Assembly (NCBI RefSeq): GCF_006345805.1
Contig: NC_043002.1
Span: 104,222,001-104,286,000, forward strand
Reading direction: 5' to 3'
Length of the DNA stretch: 64,000 nucleotides
Origin: Octopus sinensis
Taxonomy: Eukaryota
The notes beneath the pieces are model-generated. The model was not told the DNA's origin and searched no databases. It worked only from the letters and a program-made list of their open reading frames with translations. This document shows, piece after piece, positions 23,455 to 37,515 of this stretch (positions within the stretch are counted from its first letter, which is position 1; the number at the start of each line of letters is the position of its first letter). The translations under genes and the position numbers were made by a program.

Positions 23455-23815
23455 ACTTTGCTTGAGTCACAGACCTGCAGGCTGATTGGACCACCACCTT
23501 GGTAGGTGAAGTGCTTATTCGAACTAATCGGTCTCAATTAATATTTTTTTAAACCCTTCTACTCATTTCTCGATCATTTTTGCCGGATCGCTATGCTACG
23601 GGAGATAACGAAGCCAACACCGATTGTTAATCTGTGGTGTAGGACAATTACAAACTCACAAATACGGGCACATACACAGACACATACAGGCGTCGGGCTT
23701 CTTTGTGTTTCCCTCTACCAAATCTATTCGAAAGGTGTTGTTCTGCCCGGGGCTATAGGTGAAGTGAAAGGTGACTTGCAGTGACCCTGGACCTTGATCA
23801 TACAACACAGCCACC
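23455..23815 (-). mobile_element. SINE S2, degenerate
   Basis: ttttgccggatcgcta..acaccgattgtt..cgggcttctt..tctaccaaatc..gcccggggctatag. Confidence 0.7.
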
Positions 23816-24654
23816 GACATTACTTTGTTCACCTCTGTAGAACATATATGATATACAAAACTAGATTCATGTACTCCCCACGAAATACTTACTATTAATG
23901 TTTAGTTCATCGATAATGCATTACAACAAGAATATACAATGCGACAGCCATTCAGTTGTGACATTATTATTATTTGTTTCATCCTAGCACAGCCTTCATT
24001 GAGGCCTCAACTGGGATAATTCTTTCAACCCCGAGAAAATAAAATACAAAATCAACCTAAGCTGGAATATCAACGCAAGATGTAAGGACGTAGGAAATGA
24101 TGCTGAGCATCTTGTCCGGTGTGCTTCCGCTTCTGCCAGCATGCTTTCTTAGATTGATAGTAATATTGACGTCCTGCACAGAATGGTTCCCTTAAAATAA
24201 TCATCTGTATAAAGCTGTCCACAATTAAACATGAAACACTTTCACACAAATTGTTTATTCTTTCTTTTTGTTTTTATTAGACCCAGGTTCCTCCAAGAAA
24301 GTAACTTGTAGCATTTCGTGGATTTCTTAATGAATCAAACCAGCCTTAAAGCATTTTCCGTATTAGAAAAAGGAGTTGTCCTGAAAATGCGGCATTCCAG
24401 AGAAACGAAGGTTGATCGTAGCCGCATAGGTTCGAACCATAAATATTGTATTCTACTCGTCTCTAATCGAAGATGAATCATATTTCAATAAAGCTTCTTT
24501 TTTTAACTTCATCTTCTAGATTGAGTTATAACAAATATAAAGCAAAACATATACACGAAAATCATTTCGAATACTGTTCTCTCTCAATCTCATCTTCTCG
24601 CTCTCTTTCACTTCTACTATCTAACACTTAACATATATAGGTTTATCATTGCCA

Positions 24655-24708
<54 letters not shown>

Positions 24709-25434
24709 ATATACACACGTGTAAATACATCCACCACTCCCACACACAACCACTCACACACACACATATAGATATGCACTTACGGCTCCTCCTACACATG
24801 CACACTCAAATACGTAAATTCTCAGACATATACACATAAAAATGAGTGTGTATAAGGTAAACACGTATATGCATATTATTTCTATGAATATATAAATATA
24901 TATATATATATATATACACGTATTTTTATAGAAATGGAAATATTTATATATATATATATATAGGTATTAGTGTGTGTGTGAGCATAAGCGTGTGTATATA
25001 TGCGCAAATATAGTAATAGATAGATCTATACATACGTATACACACATACTCAATCACACAAAAGACGGTTTGTACTTGAAGCGCATGCATGAAATGTGTG
25101 TATGTGAATGTGGGTGTTTTTATTTTATATCAAATGTAATGTGTTCATAATAAAAAAAAAAAATGCTTATATTTCTTTTATAAACTGCTCTTTACTTAAA
25201 ACACGCCGGTGGAAATGTTCTAAATTTAGTTTCGATGCGTGATCTTATTTGAAGGAATTCGACGTTGATATATTACCTCTATTACCGACTTTTGTACATT
25301 TACCATTCTTCCGTCATGAATACTTAAAATCTATGGCTCAATTCGTACTTTACTAAAGTGGGATTATATTAAAAAAAAAAGATAAAAATTGGACATACAT
25401 ATATCTATATACTTAGAGAGATATACGTATGAAC

Positions 25435-25500
<66 letters not shown>

Positions 25501-25581
25501 ACGCAACAATACGCGCACAAACACTTTCATACACATGCACACAAATGTATTATATACATGTGTGTGTGTGTGCGTGTGTAC

Positions 25582-25622
<41 letters not shown>

Positions 25623-25732
25623 TAATTTCTTTCTTTTTGTCTTTCCTTAATGAATTGCAATATATGACGTGATATCTTTTAGAATTTTGCATTGCAGAAA
25701 AACAATTTCAGTAATTTGTATATATATATATA

Positions 25733-25778
<46 letters not shown>

Positions 25779-26094
25779 TGTATGTGCATGTATGTAAGTA
25801 CGTATATTGTATGAGTACATGTATACATACATATATTTGTGTGTCAGTGCGCGTGCATGTGTTTGCAACTGCATGTATGTATGTATATATTATATATATA
25901 TATATATATCTTATATATATAATATATATATATATATATCTATATCTGTGTGTGTGTGTGTGGTGTGCATTGTGTGCGTGCGTGTGTGTGCCTATGTGTG
26001 TATGTATACTCACACACGAACATATCGATTTACGTATCGCCGTATTATTCTGTACATACTTAGAGTTCAAGCTATATCTCCTCTCTACTCTACG

Positions 26095-26718
26095 CACAAG
26101 ACTCGAAATATTAGTAGAAGGGGTCAGTCGATTATATCTACCTCAGTATGCAACAGGTACTTAATTTATCGACCCCGAAATTATAAAAATTGAAGTCGAC
26201 CTGGGCGAAATTTGAACTCAGAACGTAAAGACAGACGAAATACCTATTTCTTTACTACCCACCAGAGGCTAAACACAGAGAGGACAAACAAGGACGGACA
26301 AACGGATTAAGTTGAGTATATCGATCTCAGTGCGTAACTGGTACTTATTTAATCGACCCCGAAAGGATGAAAGGTAAACTCGACCTCGGCGCAATTTGAA
26401 CTCAGAACGTAGCGGCGGACGAAATACCTATTTTTTATTACCCTCAACGGGCTAAACACAGAGGGGACAAACAAGGACAGACAAACGGATTAAGTCGATT
26501 ACATCGACCCCAGTGTGTAACTGGTACTTAATTTATCGACGTCCCCTCTGTGTTTAGCCCCTTGTGGGTAATAAAGAAATAGGTACTTAATTTATCGACC
26601 CCAAATGGATGAAATGCAAAGTCGACCTCGGCCGAATTTGAGGTCAGAACATAACGGCAGACGAAATACGGCTACGCATTTCGCCCGGCGTGCTAACGTT
26701 TCTGTCAGCTCGCTGCCA
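26095..26718 (-). mobile_element. Chain of nested S1 SINEs (three minus-strand bodies plus a plus-strand 3' fragment)
   Basis: S1 3' end (tatttctttactaccc) restarts after gacgaaatacc at 26245 and 26429; plus-strand 3' fragment 26541-26581 flanked by 18-bp TSD ggtacttaatttatcgac. Confidence 0.9.
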
Positions 26719-26971
26719 TAAGCACAGGCTATATTGGACTGATCGATATGCTGGAATTGGCCATGTTTTCTTTTGTAGTTGCATGTTAGAGGATCAACTC
26801 GGTTGCTATCCATACGAATAACCTGAATATCGAAGTACAAGTACCTGGGTTGGCTTTTTCTGTTGCCACCGTACAATGTTCTCGTCCATGAAACTGCGTT
26901 CTCGGTGCGTTTCAGATTCGTATCTTCAAGATTTAATACAAAGATTAAATACATTAAGATATTGTTTTTAA

Positions 26972-27170
26972 ATTTTAGCACAAAACCAGCAATATTTACA
27001 GGGGATGTAAGTCGATTACCTCACCCCAGTGCTCGACTCGTACTTAATTTATCGACATCGAAAGGACGAAATGCAAAGCCTACCACGGTGGAATTCGAAC
27101 TCCGAACATGAAGAAGGACGAGATGCCGCAAAATATTTTGGCCGGTGTACTAATTCAGCAGGCCCGCCTC
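26972..27170 (-). mobile_element. SINE S1-related, degenerate
   Basis: gtaagtcgattac..ccccagtg..tacttaatttatcgac..ggaattcgaactc. Confidence 0.8.
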
Positions 27171-27492
27171 CGTGATTCCTGAAGGTATGAAATCCCATTT
27201 ATGATTATCGTGTAAATAGACATCTTAATTGTTTAGTTTATTTGGACGTTCGGTGTTTTTAATTCCTTTGTAACCCTCTCCGTAATATCTTTCTTTCCAT
27301 TTTCTTTCTTTTTTGTTTTCTTCTTCTATGCATTCAACAACCACTCTTATTGGTTCCGCTTCTAATACTGCTAAGCATTTTGTTCGGCGTGCTAACGTTT
27401 CTACCAGCTTGGCACCTTTGTATAAAAATGTCACATAATTTAGTTGCTTATGGTATAAATATATTGTCCCCCGTATATTATATGTTATGTAA

Positions 27493-27690
27493 AAGGCGGG
27501 GAGCTGGCAGAATCGTTACCATGCCAAGCGAAAATCTTAACGGCATCTCGTCCGTTTTCATGCTTTGAACTCAAATTTCTCCGAGGTCGACTTAGCATTT
27601 TATCCTTTCGAGGCCATTTGAGTATTGCGATTGATGTCATCGACTAGCGAACTTTTCCGAAGTTGCTGGCCTCGTCCAAAGAATTGAAAA
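27493..27690 (+). mobile_element. SINE S1-related
   Basis: aaggcggggagctggcagaatcgtta..ccgaggtcgactt..tttatcctttcg. Confidence 0.82.
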
Positions 27691-27709
27691 TCAACATATT
27701 ATGTATTAT

Positions 27710-27900
27710 GTGAAGGCGCGTGGCCCTGTGTTCAGGCGTGTTTCACTTACGACCGTGAAATCCTTGTTTCGAATCACAGACCAGCAGCGTATTGTGTTCT
27801 TGCGCAAAACTCATTACGTAGCTCCAGTCCACTCACCTCGCAGAAAAGAATAATCCTGTGGTAGACTTGACTTCCGGCCATAAGGAATGGTGGCCTTCAT
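27710..27900 (+). mobile_element. Degenerate tRNA-derived SINE (head like 33731-34099)
   Basis: gtgaaggcgcgtggccctgtg (A-box-like)..gtttcgaatcacagacc (B-box-like). Confidence 0.6.
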
Positions 27901-28016
27901 GCCTAACCACCAGGAAGGTTTCAATCGTAAGATAAAACGGTTTAAAACGCGCTCTGACCAGCTATGTATAACGACATCTGAACCCACTATCACGTGATAT
28001 ATGTCTTAACGTAGAA

Positions 28017-28325
28017 CAGAGGTTCTCAAACATTTTTGTGCCACCACCACCCCTCATAGCCACGCAATACCCTCAGCGACCCCACCCTTATGTTTATGTA
28101 TAAGTAAATACTTTATACTGTAAATCATTTGATATTTAATATATTATATAATTTGTATACAATGCTATAATAACATTATAATAAATTCATAGTGTCCCCC
28201 AATCCACTGCCTTCTTCCCAACGCCTCCTTTTTCTCTACCGCCTCCACCGCCCCATAAAGCACCGGCACCCACCTGGACCGTCTCAATGCCCTCGGGGGT
28301 GGGATGGCCACTTTGAGAAACTATG
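28017..28325. mobile_element. hAT (Charlie-type) MITE
   Basis: Termini cagaggttctcaaac / ctttgagaaactatg; 8-bp flanks acgtagaa / atgtaaaa (6/8 match, central TA). Confidence 0.8.
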
Positions 28326-28643
28326 ATGTAAAATATAGTCTGCGTGATCTAAATATGTGATGGTTGATTATTTCGGAACTAGTGATATAGTTGGCATTCT
28401 AACTGAGTTAGGCATTAACAATATGCCAATATGGCTTATATCACAAGTTATTTTTGCAACAGAGCCTGGAAGTATTTTGTGGTGATTTTGCAATGCTTGT
28501 ATACAATTGTGTACAGTGGCAGTCGGTTTTATTGGCCTGCATGATAAATTAGCTAATAACCACTCTTAACAGGCTATATTAATGTTACTGAATATTAATA
28601 CAACAAATATCACTCTCTCACTGTCGCTTTCTGTCTGTCTCTC

Positions 28644-28676
<33 letters not shown>

Positions 28677-28811
28677 GCATATACTTACATATATATTTAT
28701 ATGCACACACATATATGTATGCATATAGACACACAAACACATATTTTTATACATACATACACACACACACACATATACGTATATTAATTTATAAGTATAT
28801 GTTTATATCTA

Positions 28812-30798
28812 TCTCTATATATAAAACTGAAATGCGTTTTTACAGCTTGGATCGCTTTCAAGGCCACTACATCCCGTCCGATTGACTCCAAAATTTACAG
28901 GGACATGTAAAATGAGGTGACGATGCCCGTGGGATACCTTAGAAATCCCTATCTTAAGAGGTGCCGTTGCTAGGGCCAAAACCCCACTTTGACAAGTCTA
29001 CTCGCGTTCTTTAATGTATCTGTCTTCCTCAACTCACTCTTGCTATTTCCTCTCTTCCCGGCACTTTTTCACTCACTCTATTTCCTACCTTACCATCACG
29101 TCGGTGTTCTTTTATGTATCTGTCTGCATCCATAGAGAGAATTATCATCGCCACCACCAACACACAATCAGGACAACAAATATTATGAATTCTATTGTCT
29201 GCATGTCAACGCGCCGATCGAGTAAATACAAACAGAACACACCAACCAGCGTTCGTGTTCTGGTGATAAGGTAGGTTTTTCGTATCTATTACATTTTAAC
29301 ATTTATTTAGAACCCTGCAAATTTTTCGTGTTAAATTTTCATTTTTTACTACTTTATTATTTTTTCTTAAATTGATGCTTTTATTAAAATTAATTCTAAT
29401 TGTCTGGGTCAACAGTTCGTATCCTCGGAGGATATGGAAATTCCTATTACCCGTCAGACAAAGAACTCCAACAACTCACAACTATTTCAACAAAGACAAC
29501 GTTACCTGCTTACCAGTCGAATTCAGCGTCAACGCTCACGTATGAGAGAGACTCCAACACACACACACACACACATATAATACATATATATATATATAAT
29601 CTGTGCTTTATGTGGTCGCATGAGCTGAAAATATGCAGACCTATGTTAAAAGTGCTGGCAAGTTTGCATGACAACTATTTTTTTTCCTTAAATGAAAGGC
29701 GTGACCTCTAGGACAAAATTCCTCATTTTATAAAAGGTGGCCCCAGTAGACCCGAATGAAATCGGGTTATATTAACCAAAATGTGAAAAGGGGTCTAAAT
29801 GGGGCTGGAAGGGGATTAAAATTTAAAGGAGCGGGTGTTTAGGAATTCTCTGTTACATCAAGCTAAAATATTTGCGCCAGCCTTTTAATCGTCAATGTGT
29901 TGCCGTCCATGATGAAGAAGCTTTGAATGCTTGCGATGGTGAGTCTACTGTCGTGAGAAAGAATCACTTCAAAACTTGGTGTTTACGAATTTCCTTTTAC
30001 ATCAAGTTCAAGATTTTACGCCAGCCGTTAAACTGTCAATACGTTGCTGTCTGTCGTTAAGAAATGCCAGCCATGGTGACTCTACTATCCTCAGATTCTA
30101 TCCCTTCAAACTTTGGTTTCCAATATTTTATTATTTTTATTCAGCTCGCAAGTTCGTCTGTCCCTTTTAAATGTTAGTGTTTTGCTGTCTGCCTTGAAGC
30201 AGACCTTTCTGTCGCTACTGCCTGATATTTATGATTGATCTTTCTAAATATTTTATTTCTCAACTTACTCAAGATCTTTTGTTGTTTATAAATGGGAGAG
30301 AGATAGATAAAGATAGAGTGTAAGAGAAAGCGAGGGAGAGTCCGAGAGAAAAGTAAAGTAAGAGAGTGGGGAAAGTGAGAGAGAAAGGAGAGAGAAACAA
30401 AGAGGGAGAATCATAATCATCATCATCGTCGTTTAACGTCCGTTTTCCGTGCTAGGACGGGTTGGACAGTTTGACCGGGGTCTGGGAAGTCAGGAGGCTG
30501 CACCAAGCTCCAGTCTGATCAGGCAGTGTTTCTACAGGTGGATGACCTTCCTAACGCCAACCACTCTGTGAGTGTAGTAGGTGCTTTTTTCGTTACGCCG
30601 GCACAGGTGCCAGGGGGAGTGTGTGCTCGCAGCGGCAACGATCGGTTGGTGGTTTTTACGTGCCACCGGCACAGAAGCTAGTCAAGGCGGCGCTGCAATC
30701 GTCCGCGTTCGGATGGTGGTTTTTACGTGCTGAAAGGAAGCAATAGAAAGTAACAACCACACTCTTACCCGCGCGTAGAGCGGGTCACCTTCAGCTAG
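28812..30798 (+). mobile_element. Non-autonomous Helitron (~2 kb)
   Basis: 5' a|TCtctatatataaaactga like the other Helitrons; 3' hairpin acccgc-gcgtaga-gcgggt followed by CTAG|t. That both ends belong to one element is inferred. Confidence 0.7.
30411..30732 (-). mobile_element. RTE-dependent non-autonomous element/SINE
   Basis: Minus strand has the RTE 5'-UTR-type motif ggttggcgttaggaagg.catcc and an RTE-type tail ..ggaaaacggacgttaaac(gat)n; internal repeats ggtggtttttacgtgc. Confidence 0.78.
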
Positions 30799-30833
30799 TA
30801 TATATGTGTAAATATATATGTATATATTTATAT

Positions 30834-30922
<89 letters not shown>

Positions 30923-31526
30923 CATACATATATATACTACATATATATTACATGTGTGTGTGTTTATATACTGAAAAAACTGACAGAAAAGCTGCAGAGT
31001 TTGACTTTACATTAGTACGACCAATTTTACTATGAAATGGAATATTGGATAAAATTCTTTATTTTCTCTTCACGTACGCACTCACAAACACATTCCCCCC
31101 CACACACACACACACCAATTGTATACTGCAATTAAGTATTCAAGTTTATGTTCGTGTGTGTGTGTGTGTGTGTGTGTGATATGAAACTGCTGTCTAGTAA
31201 CAAATCCATGAAAGACGGGGAAATAAATTCGAGCTAAATGTTAACCTGTAATATCTGCAACGCTACACAATCTCCGAACGCCTTGCTATAGTAAAGCTTT
31301 CCTGGTAATGAACCCCTTGAAAGGGTTTACTGGCTGGATGGTCCAGTCAGCAGAGATGTTAGTCATTAGGGATAGGGTGCCACTTTTACGCAGTAGAGGA
31401 ACTATGGGAGATAAACGAAACCGGGAGAAAGGTCTAAATGCACTTCAACATAGACCGTATTCCCAACTATAATATAATGTAATATTCTATAATAATATAT
31501 AATATGATATAATAAATGATATAAAC

Positions 31527-31599
<73 letters not shown>

Positions 31600-32010
31600 T
31601 ACATATATGCATGTATACATAAGAAATACACGTATATATACATACATATATATTATAATTTATCTATGTATGTGTATATATGCATATATATATTTTTTTA
31701 CACGAATATGTGAATATGTAGATTCACACACATATATTTTCACATGCGCCTTCATAATATCTACGTGTGTGTGTGTGTGTGTATGTTCATGCATATAGTC
31801 CTGCGATAATGTCACAAAATAAGCGAATATAACGAATAAAATAACAAAAATAAACATATTTTCATAACAAACTAGAAATTGAATGCAATGAAAACATATA
31901 ACACAAAAACTAAAGAAACAAAAGAACAAATTTATAAAATATACATATCCCACTGCAATATTTTATTAAGAAAGCATAGAGAAGTCATTAATAATTTAAC
32001 GAGACTTTTT

Positions 32011-32011
32011 A

Positions 32012-32078
<67 letters not shown>

Positions 32079-32152
32079 TATTATTATTATTATTATTATC
32101 ATTATTATGATTATTATTATTATTATTATTATTATTGTTATTATTATTATTA

Positions 32153-32183
<31 letters not shown>

Positions 32184-32205
32184 ATCGATAATAATATTAT
32201 TACTA
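32011..32205. repeat. Long (ATT)n microsatellite without insertion
   Basis: Direct reading. Confidence 0.97.
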
Positions 32206-32709
32206 TTTTCATTGTCGCCATTTCATTATTAGCACATTAATTATTAGTATTTGGTATCAGGAGCTTATCGATAATATATTTCTAATTAAATTTTGTAAAT
32301 ATGTTAGAGAAAAAAAGAAAATGTAGATATAGATATCTACACGACTTTTTGCAGAATGTATTTGAATATATTTTCCTATGCCTGTATATATATGGCTGTC
32401 CTAAAAAATATGTATTCACCAAAGGAGAAACAGACGATTTCCAAACCGGTTACAATATTCTGCTAATAGAATGTAAGCAACAATAACAACAACAACAATA
32501 AATATACATATATATATATACTCTCTCACACACACATATATGTGTGTGTGAGTGTGTGTATGATTGAGTCGTCGGGTTGGGGTTTGTATGTGTTTGTATG
32601 CATATGCATAAAATATATGTGGTATATATATGTCTATATATATATACATACACATATATATATACATATACATATACATATAGCATATATATAATATAAA
32701 TATAACTTT

Positions 32710-32741
<32 letters not shown>

Positions 32742-32813
32742 GTATATATATACGTATATATAATATATATAATATATATATACATATACATATAATATAT
32801 ATATATACATACA

Positions 32814-32846
<33 letters not shown>

Positions 32847-33730
32847 GTACATTTTATACATATATATATATAATATATATAATATATAATATATATATAT
32901 TATAATATATTCGAGTATTTATTCATTCAGTAAATACATATTTCATGTTTTATATCTACTAAAGTGACAAGGTATGCAAGCCTGACTTTTGCAGCATTGA
33001 TGGATCTGTTTCATTTGGCTATTTGGAGAGACGCATATAATTACACGCACACGCCAATGCTAAAAGTATGAACACTGGTTTCATACTCTCTACGTAGACA
33101 CCATTGAAAACCATGCTGATGTGATTTCTTTCCGAAAGAAGAAAGTCGCTTCATCAACATGTTTTAATAACAGAATATACGTGAAAGGGAAACGTCGTTG
33201 TATTTGTGAGTCATATGGACACTTGATGCGCTCCGCTCTTCTTGGATTTTGTTAATAATGTGTAGCGATTTAATAAATGCTTTAACGGAGTTTGTGCTTC
33301 ATTATGTCAAAAACAGTGAATAATATATTCAGATGTTGCTGAATATTTGCTGGTCTGTAAAAAAAAAACATAAAAATAAAAGACGTGGAATGCAATTGAA
33401 CCAGTATTAAGTTTCTATAACTACTCATGCATGTATATGTATATTCATAAGTGTAAACAGGCATTTATAGAAGACTATTCATCTGGAACGTTTTATTTAT
33501 TATCACAGTTCTAAATAATGAGTTTTAGTCATAGTTTCTAAATTGCATTATATTTCTGTTATGTGTTTGATTTCTAACGTTCATGATTTGTACTCGAAAT
33601 TTGAAATGTATACTGCTCTATTTCGAGGGAAGTTATTATGCCATTAATGAGCAGACACTTTGTTTCTATATCCCTTCTTATTTGTCATCGTTTAGCCATT
33701 TAACTGGTTAACTAATCGACTGATAGAGTA

Positions 33731-34099
33731 TGGAAGCACTCCGTCGGTTACGACGACGAGGGTTCCGGTTGATCCGATCAACGGAACAGCCTGCTCATGA
33801 AATTAACGTGTAAGTGGCTGAACACTCCACAGACACGTGTACCCTTAACGTAGTTCTCGGGGATATTCAGCGTGACACAGAGAGTGACAAGGCCGGCCCT
33901 TTGAAATACAGGTACAACAGAAATAGGAAGTAAGATTGAGAGAAAGTTGTGGTGAAAGAGTACAGCAGGGATCACCACCATCCCTGCCGGAGCCTCGTGG
34001 AGCTTTAGGTGTTTTCGCTCAATAAACACTCACAACGCCCGGTCTGGGAATCGAAACCGCGAGTCCGCTGCCCTAACCACTGGGCCATTGCACCTCCAC
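33731..34099 (-). mobile_element. tRNA-derived SINE family S3, full length with 12-bp TSD
   Basis: Minus-strand A box tggcccagtgg and B box ggtttcgattccc; TSD actgatagagta at 33719-33730 and 34100-34111. Confidence 0.92.
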
Positions 34100-34859
34100 A
34101 CTGATAGAGTAATTTGATCGGCGAATCATTCACTCAGCTATATTTTTTTCAGTCTTTTCTTTGCGATGTGTCTCGTCATCGATGTCATGCCCGCTCTTCT
34201 CCAGATCTACTTCCGGTTGCAATAGGACTAGTATTACGGTGCCCTCTTAAGTTCAATATAAATCTTTATAATTTCATTTATTATGAACACTGTGTTACTT
34301 TTTCCGAGTAACTAGTTTCTTTCACAATGAACACATTCTTTTCCTGGGCCAAAATCATTATATTTAATTGATTACGTCTAATTTTTGCTGAAGATTTGAG
34401 AGGAATATTCTTCCGTTTACACTGCAACTTCTTCCCATCATTTGAAGTGGATCTCTTTTTAAAAAAATATTCTACAACATTTTTTTTCTTTTTTTTGCAC
34501 GACAACGTGCCACATTACGAGATAGTATCATGATCATGCCCATATTATAGGTTGGCTGCTTATAAAGTAGTAATTATGTTTTTCCTGAACTCCTCACAAG
34601 TTATCAATCCTCATGTCTGTATGAATACTTCTGACAAGAAAATCATGCATGATTTTCTACTGAGCATCAGTAAAGCATTCCTTTGACACTTGCGGTAGAC
34701 ATGTAAAAATTGTCAGAAGGTTTATTCCTGTTATTAATAACGAAATGGTTTCCAAAGATCTCATTTCCAATTAGTTTCCCCTTTTCTTTTTGCCTCATGT
34801 AAGCAGACTTGATCGAAGAACGGACTTTGAAGCTTTGTAGAATTTATCTCGTGAATACC

Positions 34860-35090
34860 TATTTCTTTACTACCCACCAGGGGCTAAACACAGAGGAGAC
34901 ACACAAGGACAGACAGACGGATTAAGTCGATTATATCGACCCCAGTGTGTAACTGGTACCTAATTTATCGACCCCGAAAGGATGAAAGGCAAAGTCGACC
35001 TCGGCGGAATTTGAACTCTGAACGTAGCGGCAGACGAAATACCGCTAAGAATTTCGTCCGGCCTGCTAACGATTCTGCCAGCTCGCCGCC
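34860..35090 (-). mobile_element. SINE S1, full length with 17-bp TSD
   Basis: TSD tttatctc(g/t)tgaatacc at 34843-34859 and 35091-35107. Confidence 0.93.
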
Positions 35091-35189
35091 TTTATCTCTT
35101 GAATACCATACAGCATTCACATGCTGTGTGAATATATGTAAACCATCTTTTCCCGAGTATTTTTCATGGAAGCAGTAAACGACGTTTTC

Positions 35190-35728
35190 ATACTTCGGGA
35201 GAAGGCCAGCAATTGCGGGAAAGCGGATAATTCGATTACATCAACACCAGTATTTAATTGCTATTATTTTATCAACCCCGAACAGTTAAAAGGCAAAGTC
35301 GCCGTCGGTGAATTTTGAACACGGAACGTAAAGTTGTATGAAATGTTGCTAAGCATTTTACTTGTACCAACTATTTTCCACTCTAGACACAAGGCCCGAA
35401 ATTTTGGGGGAGACGGCAAGTCGATTAGATCGACCCCAGTACGCAACTGATACTTAATTTATTGACCCCGAAAGGATGAAAAGCAAATTCGATCTCGGCA
35501 GAATTTGAACTCGTAAAGTATTTCGCCCGGTATGCTAACGTTTCTTATTTCATTATTGCCCACAAAGGGCTAAACATAGAGAGGACAAACAAGGACAGAT
35601 AAACGGATTAAGTCGATTATAACGCCCCCAGTGCGTAACTGGTACTTATTTAATCGACACTGAAAGGATGAAAGGCTAAGTCGACCTCGGCGTCAGGCGT
35701 GCTAACGTTTCTGCCAGCTCACCGCCTT
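35190..35728 (-). mobile_element. Cluster of S1-related SINEs including one nested insertion
   Basis: Three bodies; inner copy from ~35545 flanked by duplicated tgctaacgtttct. Confidence 0.85.
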
Positions 35729-36264
35729 AGTGATTAGCAATTACGTTTTGTGGGTTTGTTACCAAGTAATTTTCAGGATAGTTCGTTTCCTATCGTATCC
35801 CACTTAATCATCAGCTTCCATCTGTAATTACACGAGATGTCTGTGACAATTAAGTTTCGTAAATTCGACAGTTTTCTTTATCGTCGGTGTATGAAAAAAA
35901 ATTATAATAGAAATGAGAGAGATAGTAACTTCCTGTTCGCATTTGTAGCTGCATCATTTGATATTAGCGATGTTCTGTGAGACGTGCACCCGGAATCTCA
36001 ATGTAAGAGCCTTTGCTATTTCCAAAAATTATGGGATAAATAAATATAAACTTATGCTGCTGATCCGCCCTTGGCTGGAATAAACTGCAAAATATTGTAC
36101 TTACTCAATTTAATTAAAGGCATTTTACTTAATAAGAACCAATGAAATACTTATACAGAGAGACGCAATGAAACCTGGTCGTTTATAGGCTTTTGTCTTT
36201 TCAATGTTTTTGATCAACTCAGTGGAATTATATTGTTCAGTTTCGTTTTCATGCGATCTCATTC

Positions 36265-36409
36265 TATAAGGTTCTCCCAAAAGTTCGTAGAAAGTCTTGG
36301 AAAATAATGGTCTTTATTTTGAGGAATAATTTTTGTTGTTTTTGTTAGTACTTGGCGAGTAAAAATTCAATTTTCGCAAGTGTTTGCGAACTTTTGGGAC
36401 AACCTAATA
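36265..36409 (+). mobile_element. Internally deleted mariner (145 bp including TA flanks)
   Basis: TA-flanked TIRs taaggttctcccaaaagttcg / cgaacttttgggacaacctaa; interior retains transposase C-terminus KVLENNGLYFEE*. Confidence 0.87.
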
Positions 36410-37206
36410 TAATGTCTTAGAAAGAGAAACAGAGGGGCAAAGTCCATGACCTTTATCGCGGTCTCCAAAATTTGGGGGCAGGCGTGACGGCTTATTCCTC
36501 ATAAAGAAATAAGGCCCGAAAACTTGTAAGAGAGTGTGCTACAAGTAATGACGAAAAAGAAGGAAACGGCCAACGATTAAAAGCAAGAACAATGTGTTCG
36601 ACTCGTTCCCACATTGGTTCAGTTCCTTGATTTGTGCAATTGATTGTAAAGCCACTAATAAATGCTGTTTATTAACTGTCTAATTACTTAATCAGACCAC
36701 AGGGCAATTTTTTTTTCTGTTTTTTTTTTTTCTCGAACACATGTCAATAAAAACACGAAATAGCTTCACTCACCAGCTGGAAGCGCTCGTTAAATGCCAA
36801 GTAGATATGGGAAAAAGAAATATGAAGATTCTACTTGTATGTCTATAAATATAATTCTGTCATTAATCTATTTTATTGATAAATAAACCTAGAGTAATTA
36901 ATTTTCATTATGGTGTATTGGTTATCCAACATCTCAGTTAGACATAAATATTAACGTGTAGGTTATTAACAGACACTTGAAATTTAATTATCCTTTCATG
37001 TTGTTTATGAGAGGCGTTTGAGCTTATTTGTACTTCATCCTCAATACACATTCATTGAGATGTAAACGGATATAAAGACCCCTTGCACACGCACTTACAT
37101 AAACAAATAAAAAGATATGCACATACATATTCATACACACACACAAATACTCGTGTATAAATATCTATATATCTGTCAATCTCTCAATCTTTCATTCTAC
37201 GTGTGC

Positions 37207-37250
<44 letters not shown>

Positions 37251-37471
37251 ATATATATACGCACGCACACACCTGTATGTATTACATATATCAACACAAG
37301 AGAAAGAGGTTTGGACGAGGACAATCTATTTATGTATGCATGTATGAAAATGCACCATCTGAACATCTAATTATGTTTACACTCACACACACAAACGCAT
37401 ATATATATATATACATACATACATATATACATACATACATACATGCATACATGCATACATGCATACATACA

Positions 37472-37507
<36 letters not shown>

Positions 37508-37515
37508 TTACATAT

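Noticed and set aside
26095-26718. Repeat-spacer-like periodicity suggesting a CRISPR array
   Set aside because: Units are nested SINE bodies in eukaryotic DNA; no unique spacers or cas genes.
33010-33200. Possible Tc1-like transposase tail
   Set aside because: Resemblance too weak and no TIRs found.
34040-34099. tRNA gene on the minus strand
   Set aside because: A and B boxes are present but the cloverleaf is incomplete, and it is the head of a TSD-flanked SINE.
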